DNA of 64,000 nucleotides from Octopus sinensis (Eukaryota): NCBI RefSeq assembly GCF_006345805.1, contig NC_043018.1, positions 26,660,001 to 26,724,000 of the forward strand, read 5' to 3'. Shown piece by piece: positions 28,090 to 41,565 of this stretch (position 1 is its first letter; each line of letters starts with the position of its first letter). The notes under the pieces were generated by a model. It saw only the letters and a program-made list of their open reading frames with translations, ran no database searches and was not told where the DNA came from. The position numbers and the translations under genes were made by a program.

Positions 28090-28690
28090 ACCATGCTAGC
28101 ATGGGTTGGACGATTTGACTGAGGACTGGCAAACCAGATGGCTGCACCAGGCTCCAATCTGATCTAGCAGAGTTTCTACAGCTGGATGCCCTTCCTAACA
28201 CCAACCACTCTGAGAGTGTAGTGGGTGCTTTTATGTGCCACTGGCACGAGAGCCAGTCAGGCAGTACTGGCAACAGCCACGCTCAGATGGTGTTTTTTAC
28301 ATGCCACCTACACAGGAGCCAGTCCAGCTGCACTGACAATGACCTCGCTTGAATGTTTTTTCACGTGCCACTGGTACAAGTGCCAGTAGGCGACGCTGGT
28401 AATGATCATGCTTGAATGGTGCTTTTTACGTGCCACCGGCATGGAAGCCAGTTAGCTGCTCTGGCAACGATCACGCTCGGATGGTGCTCTTAGTGCTCCA
28501 CTAGCACGGATGCCAGTCATCGAATTTGATTTCGATTTCACTTGCCTCAACAGGCCTTCGCAAGCAGAGTTTAGTGTCCAATGAAGGAAAGGTATGCATA
28601 AGTGGGCTGGTTACACCCCTGGCATAGGCCACAAAGTTATAGTCTCACTTGGCTTGCTGGGTCTTCTCAAGCACAGCATATTTCCAAACG
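28090..28690 (-). mobile_element. RTE-derived 3'-UTR repeat (family C). Other copies at ~11446-11730(-), 16346-16620(-), 17517-17962(-), 23427-23710(+), 27560-27975(+), 29580-29900(-), 30390-30535(+), 49965-50195(+)
   Basis: Shared GGAGTGGTTGGCGTTAGGAAGGGCATCCAGCTGTAGAAAC...CCAACCCATGCTAGCATGGAAAGCGGACGTTAAAC(GAT)n. This copy extends into WKYAVLEKT, resembling the RTE ORF end. Confidence 0.75.
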
Positions 28691-28834
28691 GTACTTACTT
28701 TTTAAGGCTTGGTACTGGTCTCTTATATTATATGTATGTTGTGTTAACTTATCTTGATAGGATAGTTGTAAACATGTGTCACCATTTTACAAGCAATGCC
28801 ATTCATTTCCAATTTTCCATGGAAACATTTGATC

Positions 28835-29455
28835 ACCATTATCATTTAATGTCTTCTCTCCATGCTGGCATGGGTTGGACAGTTTGACCAGAGCTAGCAA
28901 GCTGGGGGACTGCACCAGATTCCAGGCTGAGTTGACCTGGTTTCTATGGCTGGATGCCCTTTCTAATGCCAACCACTTTACAGAGTGTACTGGGTGCTCT
29001 CCCGTGGCACCACATGGGTGCTTATATGTGACACTGCACAGGCCCTTTTATGTGATGCTACATGGGTGCTTTTACATGACACCACATGGGAGCTTTACAC
29101 AACCAGCAGGATCAGTCTTACCAATTTTGCTGTGGGGAGTGGGTCTTCTTAAGTATGACCAGGCGCCAGGCATCTTGGTCCTTTGTCATCTCACCTGAAA
29201 AGTTCAGTGTCCTGAGGTCATTCTTCAATTCTTCGTCCCAGGTCTTCCTCAGTCTTTCAAAGGTGCCTCTCTACTTTGAGAGACTGGCACCTTTTTATGG
29301 AGCTGCTGGGCATCCAACTACATCACATGACCAAACCAGTACAGTCTTCTCTCTTGCACACAGCTACCAATTCCTCTTATGCATAACTTCTCTCTCAGAA
29401 CACTGACACTCTGTCAAACACGTACACTAACATGTTCACATCCAGCGGAGCAGAG
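28835..29455 (-). mobile_element. RTE LINE 3' end with its 3' UTR
   Basis: Minus strand VQERRLYWFGHVM (RLRWFGHV motif) runs into the TTGGCATTAGAAAGGGCATCCAGC...(GAT)n-type tail. Confidence 0.75.
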
Positions 29456-30001
29456 TAAAAATATTATCTTGCTTGAAAATCGGTGAGGGTTGGTGACAGG
29501 TAGAGCATTCAGCTGTAGAATATCTGCTTTTATGAATTCCATCTACCCCATGCAAGCATGATGGTAAAATGATGATGATGATGATCATCATCATCATCCT
29601 TTAACGTCTGTTGTCCATTCTGGCATTGGTTGGACAATTTCACTGGGCTGGCACGCTGCACTAGACTCCAGCCTGATTTGGCAGGGTTTCCTACGGTTGG
29701 ATGCTTTTCCTAACGTCAACCACTCCGAGAGTGTAACGGATTCTTGTACATGCCACCGGCACAAGTGCCATTTGTGCAATGACACCGGGGTGTATTTACA
29801 TGCCACCAGCACCAGTGCAAACTTTGCATGGCACCGGTAGCCGCCCCAACTGTGATTTTGCTTGGCTTGATGGGGTCCCAAGCACGACATAATGCCAAAG
29901 GGTCTTGGCATTATGATGATGATGATAATGATGATGCTGATTCTGTCGTTGCTGTCAATAATTCCATTTCGTTTTTTTCAATGTCTCCATCTTCTTTACA
30001 G

Positions 30002-30108
30002 ACCTTTACTCGTCTTGGTTGGCGCCAGCACTAGGTAGTAGTTTGCTGGTTGAGTCATGGCAAAATGGACGGGGCAAACTGCCTTCATTCTGTCTTGGAA
30101 AATATCAG
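30002..30108 (+). CDS. DNASE2: DNase II exon 6
   Basis: tttacAG acceptor. (D)LYSSWLAPALGSSLLVESWQNGRGKLPSFCLGKYQ carries the DLY..W.A..L...L.VExW and LPSxC motifs. Donor GTAGGA, phase 0. Confidence 0.93.
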
Positions 30109-30986
30109 GTAGGAAAGCTTACTGATTCATTTCAGTTGTAATTCTATATTCTTGAATGTGGTCCTGGTCACTTCAAATTTTCCGGTTTTAAGTTCTCTAG
30201 AATGAATATTAATAAAGAACACCACCCCCAAAAGCAAAGGAATTTAGGGCAGTAATAACCATCCATGGTGGGTGTTGGGTTCCTTGATAAGTAGGAACTG
30301 CAGTTTGGGAGGTGATGGGTGGTGGGTGTCTCGAGGAGGAAAGGAATTGGATGGGGGCTTAATTGTACATATACATATATATACGTGTTGTGCCGGCGGC
30401 ATGTAAAAAGCACCCACTACACTCACGGAGTGGTTGGCGTTAGGAAGGGCATCCAGCTGTAGAAACACTGCCAGATCTGACTGGAGTCTGGTGCAGCTTC
30501 CTGGCTTCCCAGACCCCGGGCAAACTGTCCAACCCAGGTCACAGCTTGGAATCGACCTCTGAGTCTTGGGGTTAGTAGCCTGCGCTCTTAACCACTACGC
30601 CATATGCCTGTTAACAACAAACAAGATGTAGATAAATTATCTGTCAAATGTAAATAATGTACTTTATTTCATGTTGCTCCAGTTCACTCAGCTGTAGACA
30701 AGAGTTATGACGTCACTGGTGTCAAGATGTATCGGCCCCTTTGCCTTTCCCTTGGATAACGTTGTTGGTATCGAGAGGGGAGGCTGTTATGCATGGGCGA
30801 CTGCTGGTCTTCCATAAACAGCCTTGCCCAGACTTGTGCTTTGGAGGGGAACTTTCTAGGTCTTTACCTGTTTTTTATTCACATTCATATATTCACACAT
30901 GCTCACACTTACTTCAAGTATCAAACATAAATGCTTTGTAGTTTAATAACTGAAACATAACTCTGCAATTTATTTTGTATTTTTAG

Positions 30987-31115
30987 GTGTTTAATGTCCG
31001 ATATATTGGCATCAATAAATCATCATTTAAGCAAACACGGGACCATTCAAAATGGGCCATCACTGTAAAAGGGGCTTCTAAATACATTGTTTGTATTGGA
31101 GACATCAACAGACAG
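30987..31115 (+). CDS. DNASE2: DNase II exon 7 (second HxK motif)
   Basis: VFNVRYIGINKSSFKQTRDHSKWAITVKGASKYIVCIGDINRQ carries DHSKW and CIGDINR. ttttAG and GTAATG boundaries. Confidence 0.96.
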
Positions 31116-31669
31116 GTAATGACAAATAATAATCAACTGGAATTACCGTATTTTAATGTGTTTAAGGAACCCTTTTTTTTTTCAAAAATTAGGTTAAAAA
31201 ACATGGCAGTTTCTAATATATGGTTAGTATTACAATCCCTTACAAAACCTTTTGTTCCAAATTTTAAGCCCCCAAAATTAGGGGGTCCCTTATACATGTT
31301 AAAATACGGTAATTATTTCAGTTGGTCATTTTTTGATAATATCATTTTACTTGAGCGGTTCTTAACTATTTTTTGCCTGTGGGCCCCTTTGGTTCCCATT
31401 TTGATTGAGTGAATCCTCATAGCCATTTGATATTTAAAAAATTCTGTGTGTGTGTGTGTATATATATTTGTGTGTCTGTGTTTGTCTCCCCCAACATCGC
31501 TCGACAACCGATGCTGGTGCATTTAAGACCCTGTAACTTAGCGGTTCGGCAAAAGAGACCGATAGAATAAGTACTAGGCTTCCGAAGAATAAGTCCTGGG
31601 GTCGATTTGCTCGACTAAAGGCGGTGCTCCAGCATGGCCACAGTCAAGTGACTGAAACAAGTAAAAGAG

Positions 31670-31700
<31 letters not shown>

Positions 31701-32049
31701 GGGGGTGCTGAAAAGTTCTTGGCTTTCGATAAAAGAAAATAGAGGAGGCTCATTTAATTCTCATTTTATTCAACATATTCCCCTCTCAGCTTCACACACT
31801 TATTACAACTATATTTCTGTATTCCATGTTTATAGTTGAACGTATCACTCATTTTATATTTGTTATGAAACAAATGCTGCAGGGAGATTTGCTTGCATAA
31901 TACTGTTTTTTTGAGATTTTTGTCATTTACAAGCTTCTTACATGCAGCGGAAGATCTGCCTGGGGTTAAACTAGTAGTAACATGGATCAGCCATTTTGAT
32001 GTGGCGATTAACTTTACTTGTATTATATATATATATATATATATTTCAT

Positions 32050-32094
32050 TATCTATCTATCTGTCTGTCTTCTTTCTATCTATCTATCTATCTA

Positions 32095-32126
<32 letters not shown>

Positions 32127-32449
32127 TCTATCTGTCTTCTGTCTGTCTATCTATATATCTATCTATCTATCTGTCTGTCTGTCTGTCTATCTATCTGTCT
32201 ATCTGTCTATCTATCTGTCTATCTGTCTGTCTGTCTATCTATCTGTCTATCTATCTGTCTATCTGTCTGTCTATCTGTCTGTTTCTGTCTATCTATCTAT
32301 CTGTCTTCTGTCTGTCTGTCTATCTGTCTTCTGTCTGTCTGTCTATCTATCTATCTGTCTGTCTGTCTGTCTTCTGTCTATCTATCTATCTGTCTTCTGT
32401 CTATCTATCTATCTGTCTTCTGTCTGTCTGTCTATCTATCTATCTGTCT

Positions 32450-32481
<32 letters not shown>

Positions 32482-32487
32482 TCTATC

Positions 32488-32530
<43 letters not shown>
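32050..32530. repeat. (TCTA/TCTG)n tetranucleotide field; similar (TCTA/CCTA)n at 41532-41776
   Basis: Direct inspection. Confidence 0.95.
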
Positions 32531-32533
<3 letters not shown>

Positions 32534-32947
32534 CATGCATATATGAGTACAGGATGTCACCAATGGTGCAAACAACATGAAATACATCCTGTACCCATAT
32601 ATGGATGGATAGATGGATGGAGGGAGGGAGGGAGGGAGGGAGGGGCTGACGGAATCATAGTGGGTATAGTCATAAAACTTGTCAAGATTAATTTGAAGTA
32701 GTGTAAAGTAACTGTCTATAATGAAGTTTGGTAAAGGAAGATCTTAAATCAAGATGTTAGTTATCAGTTAAAGGGGTAAGACACTGATAAAACCAATGAC
32801 GATAATACAGGGGAAGTTTATCATGATTTCATTCATATTATTTTGAAAATCTATGACTAATTCTACACTCATTTTTGGTGCCTCATCTGAATCTCAATTA
32901 TTTTGCTTATTTGTATATATATACATATATATATATGCATGTGTGTG

Positions 32948-32983
<36 letters not shown>

Positions 32984-33306
32984 GACAGGTTTCTTTCAGT
33001 TTCCATCAACCATATCCTCTCATGAAGCTTTGGTTGGCCTGGAGCTACAGTAAAAGACATTTGCCCAAGGTGCCATGCAGTGGGACTGAACCTGGAACCA
33101 AGGTGGTTGGGAAGCACACTTTTTGCCATGCAGACACGCCTGTGCCTAGTTTTCCCATGAAATTCAGATGTACAGGATGTAGCAAGTGAACTAATTGCTT
33201 TCGATGTGCACATCATGAGAATGGAGAGTGAGGAAGAGAGAGCAAGAGAGATGGAGACATGCTGCTAATTATGTCTATAAATATAATTATTTAATTACTT
33301 TTGCAG

Positions 33307-33426
33307 GAACATCAAGAGGAACGAGCTGGCGGCACCGTTTGTTTCAAAGACTCAAGCGTTTGGACAAGTTTCTACAATGTTGTCAAATCATATGAAAAAT
33401 GCCCAAAATTAAGTGTGGCCAGCTAG
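33307..33426 (+). CDS. DNASE2: DNase II exon 8 (last coding exon)
   Basis: ttgcAG acceptor. EHQEERAGGTVCFKDSSVWTSFYNVVKSYEKCPKLSVAS* carries the QxxRxGGxxC motif. Summed exons are 1092 nt, giving 363 aa plus stop. Confidence 0.94.
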   Translation, partial: EHQEERAGGTVCFKDSSVWTSFYNVVKSYEKCPKLSVAS

Positions 33427-33469
33427 AACCAACTACATAGACAAGAAGATGAAGAAAGACAGGAAGGAT

Positions 33470-33740
33470 ATATGTGTATATATATATATATATATGCATC
33501 ATCATCGTAGAACAGACGTTAAACGATGATGATGTATATGTACAAACATATGTATATATAAATATATATATATACATATATACATATAAATATGCGTACA
33601 TATATATACATATATATATATTTATATATATATACATACATACACACATATATTTACATATATATATACATACACATATATTTACATACATAGATGATGA
33701 TGATATACATACATACATATATATATTTACATATATATAC

Positions 33741-33771
<31 letters not shown>

Positions 33772-34215
33772 CATACATACATACATATATATATTTATAT
33801 ATATATATACATACATATATTTATATATATATACATACATACATATATTTATATATATATACATACATACATATATTTATATATATATACATACATACAT
33901 ATATTTATATATATATACATACATACATATATTTATATATATATACATACATACATACATACATATATTTATATATACATACATACATACATATATTTAT
34001 ATATATATACATACATACATATATTTATATATATATATACATACATACATATATTTATATATACATACATATATTTATATTTATATATACATACATATAT
34101 TTATATATATACATACATACATACATATATATATATACATATATATCTATATATGCATACATACATACACACACATACATATATATATACACATACATAC
34201 ATACATACATATATA
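33470..34215. repeat. (TA/TACA)n field just after the DNase II stop; analogous (TG/TA)n field at 53520-54150 after the ARL14EP stop
   Basis: Direct inspection. Confidence 0.9.
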
Positions 34216-34838
34216 AAATATATGCTTTTATATACACCTATTATTGAACCAATATTTCCTGGGATGAAACCATCCCATCATGAGGTTAACCCAACCTCTA
34301 ATTAAATACACACACATTCACATTTGTTGTTAAAAGTTGATTTTCTAAAGATTAATTTTGTATTGCTCAAACTCAATAAAATACTTAAACTGTTTACAAT
34401 TCTTGTTTTATTTGTTTGTTTTCATTTTTAGTCTCTGCCTGCCATTTATTAATCAAACTAGCTGTCAAGAATGCATCATTTATGCAAATCAGTGTATTCA
34501 GTTTAATGAAGCTCTTCATAACAATAACTATGAATACAATAGCATTGCAGACATTTAGAGGAAGATAATCAATTATTGATTCCAAGCATTAGTGGTGGTA
34601 GTGATGTGACAAATACAGGCACAAATGTACTTATACATACATTTCATATATACAATTATATATATATATAAAATGAAAAGACGTTAAGACATATAGGAAG
34701 CTTGTGTAGGACCATAGTAAAAATGTGGATTCTAGCCATGATCATGGGGGGGGGGGGCCCAAAAGTGCAATAGGTATTTTGTTACGCAAGGACATGATTC
34801 CAAAAGTTCAGTCTTTGAATTCAGACATGTATGTGTGT

Positions 34839-34893
<55 letters not shown>

Positions 34894-35212
34894 ACATATT
34901 TATGTACATATATATATATATGTATACTTATGTATGTATACATATATATACTTATGTACATATATATATATATGTATATACATACTTATATGCATATATA
35001 TATATATACTTATGTACATGTATATATATATATATATACATACTTATATGCATATATATATATATATACTTATGTACATGTATATATATATATATACTTA
35101 TATGCATATATATATATATATACTTATGTACATGTATATATATGTACATACATACACATATGTACATACACACACACACATATATATATACATATATATA
35201 AACACACATATA

Positions 35213-36086
35213 CAGAGTGTGATAGGTAAATTGTTGCCATTTTATACTTTTACTTTTGTGCATGCACATTGTTTGTTTTTGATTTTGTTGACTACACAGT
35301 ATAGTTAGGGACCATCTGGGAGAAAAATAGCACCATGATGCAATCCACTGTGCCAGAAATTTGGAAATACATGGGCTGCTTCGCATTTGTACTGGAAGCC
35401 CCAATACGAATATTTCAGAGTGTTTTGGTGTCAATTTGAGGACAGTGCAATCTGAAGACATGTACCAAAAGTTATAAAAATCAAATATCCAGTCAACAGC
35501 ATGGTGTTTGGAGTGATCACTAGTGATGGCAATGTTATGCCTCCATTCATCTTCCCACATAGCCTCTGATTCAACAAGGAGGCCTACATCAAGTGCCTGG
35601 AGGAGGTATGCTACCCTGGGTCAAGAGGGTAGCTGCCGGAAGACCCTATGTCTGGTAACAGGACTCTGCACCATGCCACACAAGCAGGCGAACCCAATCA
35701 TGGCTGTCAGACAGTTTCTCCGACCACATCACCCTTAACATCTGGCCACCTAACTCCCCAGACTGCAACCTCCTTGATTATTATGTGTGGGGCACAGTTA
35801 AGTGAGAGACCAACAAAACTCCTTGTAACACCAAAGATGACCTGAAGGCAAGGATTATGGCAGCATTCACCAACTTAAACAAGGAGCCTGTCCAGAATAG
35901 TTGCAAGAGATTCCAAAGTCATCTGGAGGCTGTGGTTGAAGCCAATGGCGATTTCATTGAATAAATTTACTCTTTAGTATTTCAAGATATTTTAATGTAA
36001 TTTTGGTAAATATATCTGTTAAAATGAGATGTCAGTGTTATTTTCATTTTTGCATAATTTAGTTAGACAGCTTATTCACTGCACCC

Positions 36087-36088
<2 letters not shown>
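35213..36088 (+). mobile_element. DD37D (maT-type) Tc1/mariner relic
   Basis: QDSAPCHTSRRTQSWL...IWPPNSPDCNLLDYYVWG...LEAVVEANGDFIE*, with 37 residues between the second and third Asp. CAG..TG-type ends. Stops and frameshifts present. Confidence 0.85.
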
Positions 36089-36122
<34 letters not shown>

Positions 36123-36886
36123 AAAAGCAATAAAGATTCAAGTTAATTTAAATGAATTTACTTGAATATGGTACCTAACTTAGATGCACCAAAAAAACTA
36201 TACTGTTTTAACAATACAGTAATGTGGGGTGATTATAAGCGAGAAAGAAGCAACAAGAATGGATAGGTTTTTAGTACAATCGTTTCATACAAGGACAGGC
36301 TTTATTAAAAGTTGCAAAAATTACAGCATATAAACGTGTCCCGTACTCATCAGCTAAAATACATGTGCGTTCTCTAGACATCCTAGTGGTTGAGGCTATA
36401 CTCATGAAGTAATGAAGATAATTAAGTAACATAAACATAAACAGATATCCAAAGTTCATTAAAGTTCTTTAAAGATGATGTACAGTCTTATCACAGAATT
36501 TTAAAAAAGTTTTAATAGCAACCCAGAGAAGGTGACCTAATCCATAGTGCACATATGAATTTCCAGAGATATGATGAGGGATTACATACTCACAGAAAAC
36601 AAATTTATCTATTGTTAATCACAACGAGGTGGGTCTCAATTCCTGCTTATTAGCATTACAGAGAGGGTGAATTAATCCTTTGTATAGATGCACAATTTCC
36701 AATGGTGTAGATGTAAATTTCCAGAGAAATGAAGAGGAATTTCATATATATATATATATATCACCGTGACCGACCAGGGTGTCAGATGTTACTACACATC
36801 ACTAGTCACAATGCACTTTGCGTTGTTTTAGCCTTTGAATGACGCCACCCCGCTGGCTAAGCGAGCTGGCCATAATATATATATAC

Positions 36887-36935
<49 letters not shown>

Positions 36936-36943
36936 AACATATA

Positions 36944-37485
36944 CAGGATGTGGCAAGGTATTTGAGGACAGATTTATGTTTATAAAAGTCCATATATAAT
37001 TACAGATAATAACTTTATTTATCAAGAGTTGCTATGAGGATAAAAATAAACCTTCTTTTCTATAATGTTATTCAATAAAGCCACCTTCAGCTTCAACAAC
37101 TGCTTCTATATGAGATCTAAATCATCTCCATGCTCAAATCAAGTGGTCCTGGTTCATTTTGGACATTACTCTGACTATGGCAGCTTTCAAAGAATCTTTG
37201 GTGTTATGGGTGTGTTCATTGACCTCTGTCTCAACAACACTTCACTTGTAATAATCCAATGGATCGAGACCTGGGGTATTAGGAGGCCAAATGTTAGGGG
37301 TTATGTGATCATGAACATTTTCAGCCTATCCAGGGCTTAACAATTATCTCCAGGACCTCAATGTAGGTGGCGGAGTTAACTCTAAGGCCTTGTGGAAAGA
37401 AGTAAGGAGGCATCACATGTCCTTCATTGCTGACAACCCCTAAAACCATGACAGTTGCAGGAAATTTTGTATGCATAAGACTTGG
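36944..37485 (-). mobile_element. Second DD37D-like relic, opposite orientation
   Basis: Minus strand: KFPATVMVLGVVSNEG and NIWPPNTPGLDPLDYY...IEAVVEAEGGFIE*. Confidence 0.75.
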
Positions 37486-38623
37486 AACTTGAGAAAGAGA
37501 GTGAGTGAGACAGAGAAAAAGACCGACACAGAGGGAGAGAGAGAAAGATAGTTAGATAGAGGGAGAGAGAGACTGACAGACAGACAGAGTGAGAGAGAGA
37601 GAGAGAAGAGAGAGAGTGATAGTGAGAAAGAGATAGAGAAAGAGACAGACAGGCAGACAGACAAACGGGTGGGGGAGAGAAAGAGACAGATAGATAGAGT
37701 GAGAGAGAGAGAGAGAGAGTGAGATAAAGATCTGAGATAGAGAGAGAGATATATATAGAGAAAGATCTAAGAGAGAGAGAGAGAAAGGGAGATTGAAGAG
37801 ATTTATGAGGTTGTGAGTTACTTTGGTGAATTCATTTGGAACATCTTCATTTCCCATACATCTCTAATAATCTCAGGAGAGGCATGAACGACATTCTCAT
37901 ATCCCTCCCTGTTGTTTAAAGGAAGAAAGATGTTAAAAGAACAGAAAAAAACCCCCAAAAGCGAAACAATACAAAAGGGCGAAATTATTTAATTTGTAAC
38001 ATGTGACTTAGTATGCATTACAACATTAATGAGCTTTTGAAATATTTTCACTACAATCTGAACACACAGGACGAAATAAGGAAACATTACAAAAAAAATC
38101 TAATATAAAAGACACGGTTGTATCTCCATTAGAACATGTTCATCTAAAGATGCATCTATCTATTTTTCTATCTATCTATCTATCTATCTCCAGAAATTGA
38201 AAACAGAGGGTTACCCACTTGCAAACAAATGTGGTAACATATAACAATATTGACCAAGGTTACCGTGGTCTTTTTCGTAGGCTTTTCTTCCCACGGATAA
38301 ACCTTACTTGCCTTTACACCATACATCATGACACTGTGATACACAATCCCTATTGATTGTTTTTTTTCCTCTTCCCCTTTTTTCTTCTTTTTTCATTTTT
38401 CTTTTCTTTTGTTCCTTTTCTTTTTTTTCTTTTTTTTTGTTCTTTTTTCCATTTTACGATCCCTTTTGATCGAAAACCTACGCTGCCTTTTTTTTTTATT
38501 TTTCTCCCCCAAAAGAAAAGCTCTACCTTGTAACTTGTCCCATCTGTGTGCAGCCCTGTGTGGCCAATAAAGAAACTTATCTATCTATCTATCTGTCTGT
38601 CTATCTTTCTATCTATCTATCTA

Positions 38624-38662
<39 letters not shown>

Positions 38663-39001
38663 TTCTCTCAGAGGCAGGTAGGTAGTAAGGTAGATAAACA
38701 CAGACTTGAAACGTTTATTTACATGAAACACAAAATACAGATTACAAAATATAGAAAAAGAAAGCAAAAACAGAAGACGAGAATAATATAAAGTTTTATC
38801 TCGACAGCTGTTTCAAGACGGCCACAACATAGATGATAACCATATTCAAAAGTAATATGTGCATGCATGCATGATGTCATTAGGTGTGTGTGTCTTGTGC
38901 AAATTCCCAATGGAATTGTTAAAATAAGTTAGGTATCCGTTTTCAAGAGTAGAGTGGCAAATGTGAATTGTCTAGCAGTATTTGTTTTCTTCTTCTTACA
39001 C

Positions 39002-39038
<37 letters not shown>

Positions 39039-39454
39039 TAGTCTACACATACACGGGAGCGAACAAATGAATGTAGTACTCAACACATCTGGTTGCAGTT
39101 ACATGTGTTTTATAAGTTTGGCTCAGATTTTAACCGGCGGTATGTTATTAAACACACACACATGCGCGGTCACATACGCATATATAAGTACATACGACGC
39201 TTCGTATGAAATAATAATTAAAAATAAATGTTGTATTATTGACTTCCATTGTTTCTTTATTCCTTTCGAAAATAAGCCACATGTTATAGTGTACATGTGT
39301 ATGTATTCATTTGTAGTAAACATTCCAGTTAGAAGAAACTTTGTTTTCTCTACTTTAAAAACGTAAATTATAATTAATAAAGCTTGTTTAATTTCTTGAT
39401 GCCGAGGGAGCGTCTGTCTGTCTCTCATAAACGTACATGCATATACATACAAAG

Positions 39455-39494
<40 letters not shown>

Positions 39495-39762
39495 TTGATT
39501 TTTTAATGTTTTTTCCCCCATACCTTTGTGAGTTGGTCTAGGCAAGCACTATCTGAGAGATCTTCTTTAAGTATTAGAAATAGCTGAAGAAATTTCTTTA
39601 GCTGCTATTTCTAATGAGTTCAGTATGTGGCAAAGTAATTTATTTTACTAAGCCCTTATATATAATGTAATATTTTGAATTCGCCTAAAATGGTCCCTTT
39701 ACATACTGAATACTTGGTGAAATTGATTAATAATTAATTAATTTTACCCTCAATTGTTGAAA

Positions 39763-39807
<45 letters not shown>

Positions 39808-40041
39808 GTAATTGCAGCGTGGAAGGTGTTTGTAAGCCATTTAAGAAACACACAAAAGCCGTTCGATTCACTTCAACATTTAAGTTTAATTTGTCAAAAT
39901 ATTTTCGTCGCTTTAAGACCGCAACCTGTTCACTGACAAAAATCCGTGCTGCATCGCTTACAAACACCTTCCACGCTGCAATTGTTTTCGTTTCAGCACA
40001 CGATCTCAGATCAAATCACTTGCTATGCAAGTACATCTCCG

Positions 40042-40112
<71 letters not shown>

Positions 40113-40136
40113 GTGTGTGTGTGGTGGTGTCCTGTA

Positions 40137-40176
<40 letters not shown>

Positions 40177-40554
40177 TGTATATATACATATAGATGTAGG
40201 TATGTATGCATGTTTTATTTGTTAAATTGTTTTATATATATATATACTCCTTACTCTTTTACTTGTTTCAGTCATTTGATTGCAGCCATGCTGGAGCACT
40301 GCCTTTAGTCGAGCAAATTGAGCCCAGGACTTATTCTTTGTAAGCCTAGTACTTATTCTATCGCTCCATTTTGCCGAACCGCTAAGTTACGGGGACATGA
40401 ACACACCAGCATCGGTTGTCAAGCGATTTTGGGGGGACAAACACAGACACACACACATATATATATATGATATGAAGGAAAAAAAAGTTGTTCAGAATGC
40501 TTGATGGTTGTAAAAATATATATTTATTTACATTTCACAAATTATTTCTTCATA

Positions 40555-40590
40555 TTAGCGCTTTCAACTACTCCTGTAGTTTCATCATGG
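40555..40590 (-). ncRNA. Degenerate minimal hammerhead motif
   Basis: Minus strand reads aTGATGA-AACTAC-agga-GTAGTT-GAAA-GCGC-TA. Core C3 is mutated and stem I is not evident. Confidence 0.5.
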
Positions 40591-40872
40591 TAAGAAGAAT
40601 GAATTAAGACAATATTTGAAAATTAAAAAAAAAAAAACGGGTGAATGAATGGGATGACAGTGAGCGCCGTCTGTCGGCGGCGACAGCAGTTGTGCCGCCT
40701 GGTTGTTGTGAAGCTTTGAAAGGAGGACGGTGGAACAAAGGAATTATATCATTTACACACGGTAAATGCAGTGTTGCCGTCATTAGCAGCAACACTAATA
40801 AAAATAGTAACGTCTGTAGTAGTAGTAGTATTAATAATAGTAATAAAGGTTTTGAGCATCAAACCACCGAGG

Positions 40873-41481
40873 ATGTCCAAAGACATGATGACGGTACAGA
40901 AGGACACCGGTGCCATGAACAGTTCTCTGTCGGCCAAAACACCCGAACACGACGACCAAACGGGTAACAACAAAGATGTGGATTCCACGACGGATAAATC
41001 GAACTATGTCGATGCTGAAGAACCGCCCGATTTGGAAACCGAACCCGAATTGGAACTGGAACTTTCGGTGTCTTCGCCGATGTCCTTCACCTCTGTTAAC
41101 CCCGACTTCAACGAGGTGAGCAATCAAAGTTCTGCTGTTAAAACCACACGGGATAATAATTCTGCGGACGATGTTTCTAATTCTACCACCAACACGAGGA
41201 CGACCAGAACCACCACAACCAAGGCTAATGGGAAGACCCCTAGCAAGGGCGAGGCCATTTCCAAGAGACGTGGAACTCGTCAACTGACCAGAGTACGGGA
41301 AATGGATCGGGAACTTGCCAGCTGGATTAACGGTTTCTATACTAACGATAAACTGGATGAATTAACACGGGATATGATCACAGACAGAGCGAGAGAAATA
41401 GCGAAGGAAAAAAAGATTTTGGATTTTGCCGGCACCGCTAACTGGTTTACCAGGTTCCTAGGAAGGAATTTCTCAGATGCG
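40873..41481 (+). CDS. Exon 1 of a putative CENP-B-HTH/ARL14EP gene: low-complexity acidic/Thr-rich N-terminus plus a Tc5/CENP-B-type HTH domain (~41293-41469)
   Basis: 203 open codons from ATG 40873. The C-terminal part VREMDRELASWINGF...LTRDMITDRAREIAKEKKILDFAGTANWFTRFLGRN fits the pogo/Tigger/CENP-B HTH pattern (E..L..W......I...A..IA......F..S..W..RF..R). Donor GTATGT at 41482, phase 0. Confidence 0.8.
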
Positions 41482-41531
41482 GTATGTTTATTTATTAATC
41501 GTGTTAATGAATATAATCTTAAATTACAGCA

Positions 41532-41565
<34 letters not shown>

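Noticed and set aside
40771-40872. Hydrophobic, TM-like N-terminal extension of the 287-aa ORF
   Set aside because: It starts at a non-ATG codon and comes from (GTA/ATA)n simple repeats. The first ATG is at 40873. The ORF tail after 41481 is intronic microsatellite.
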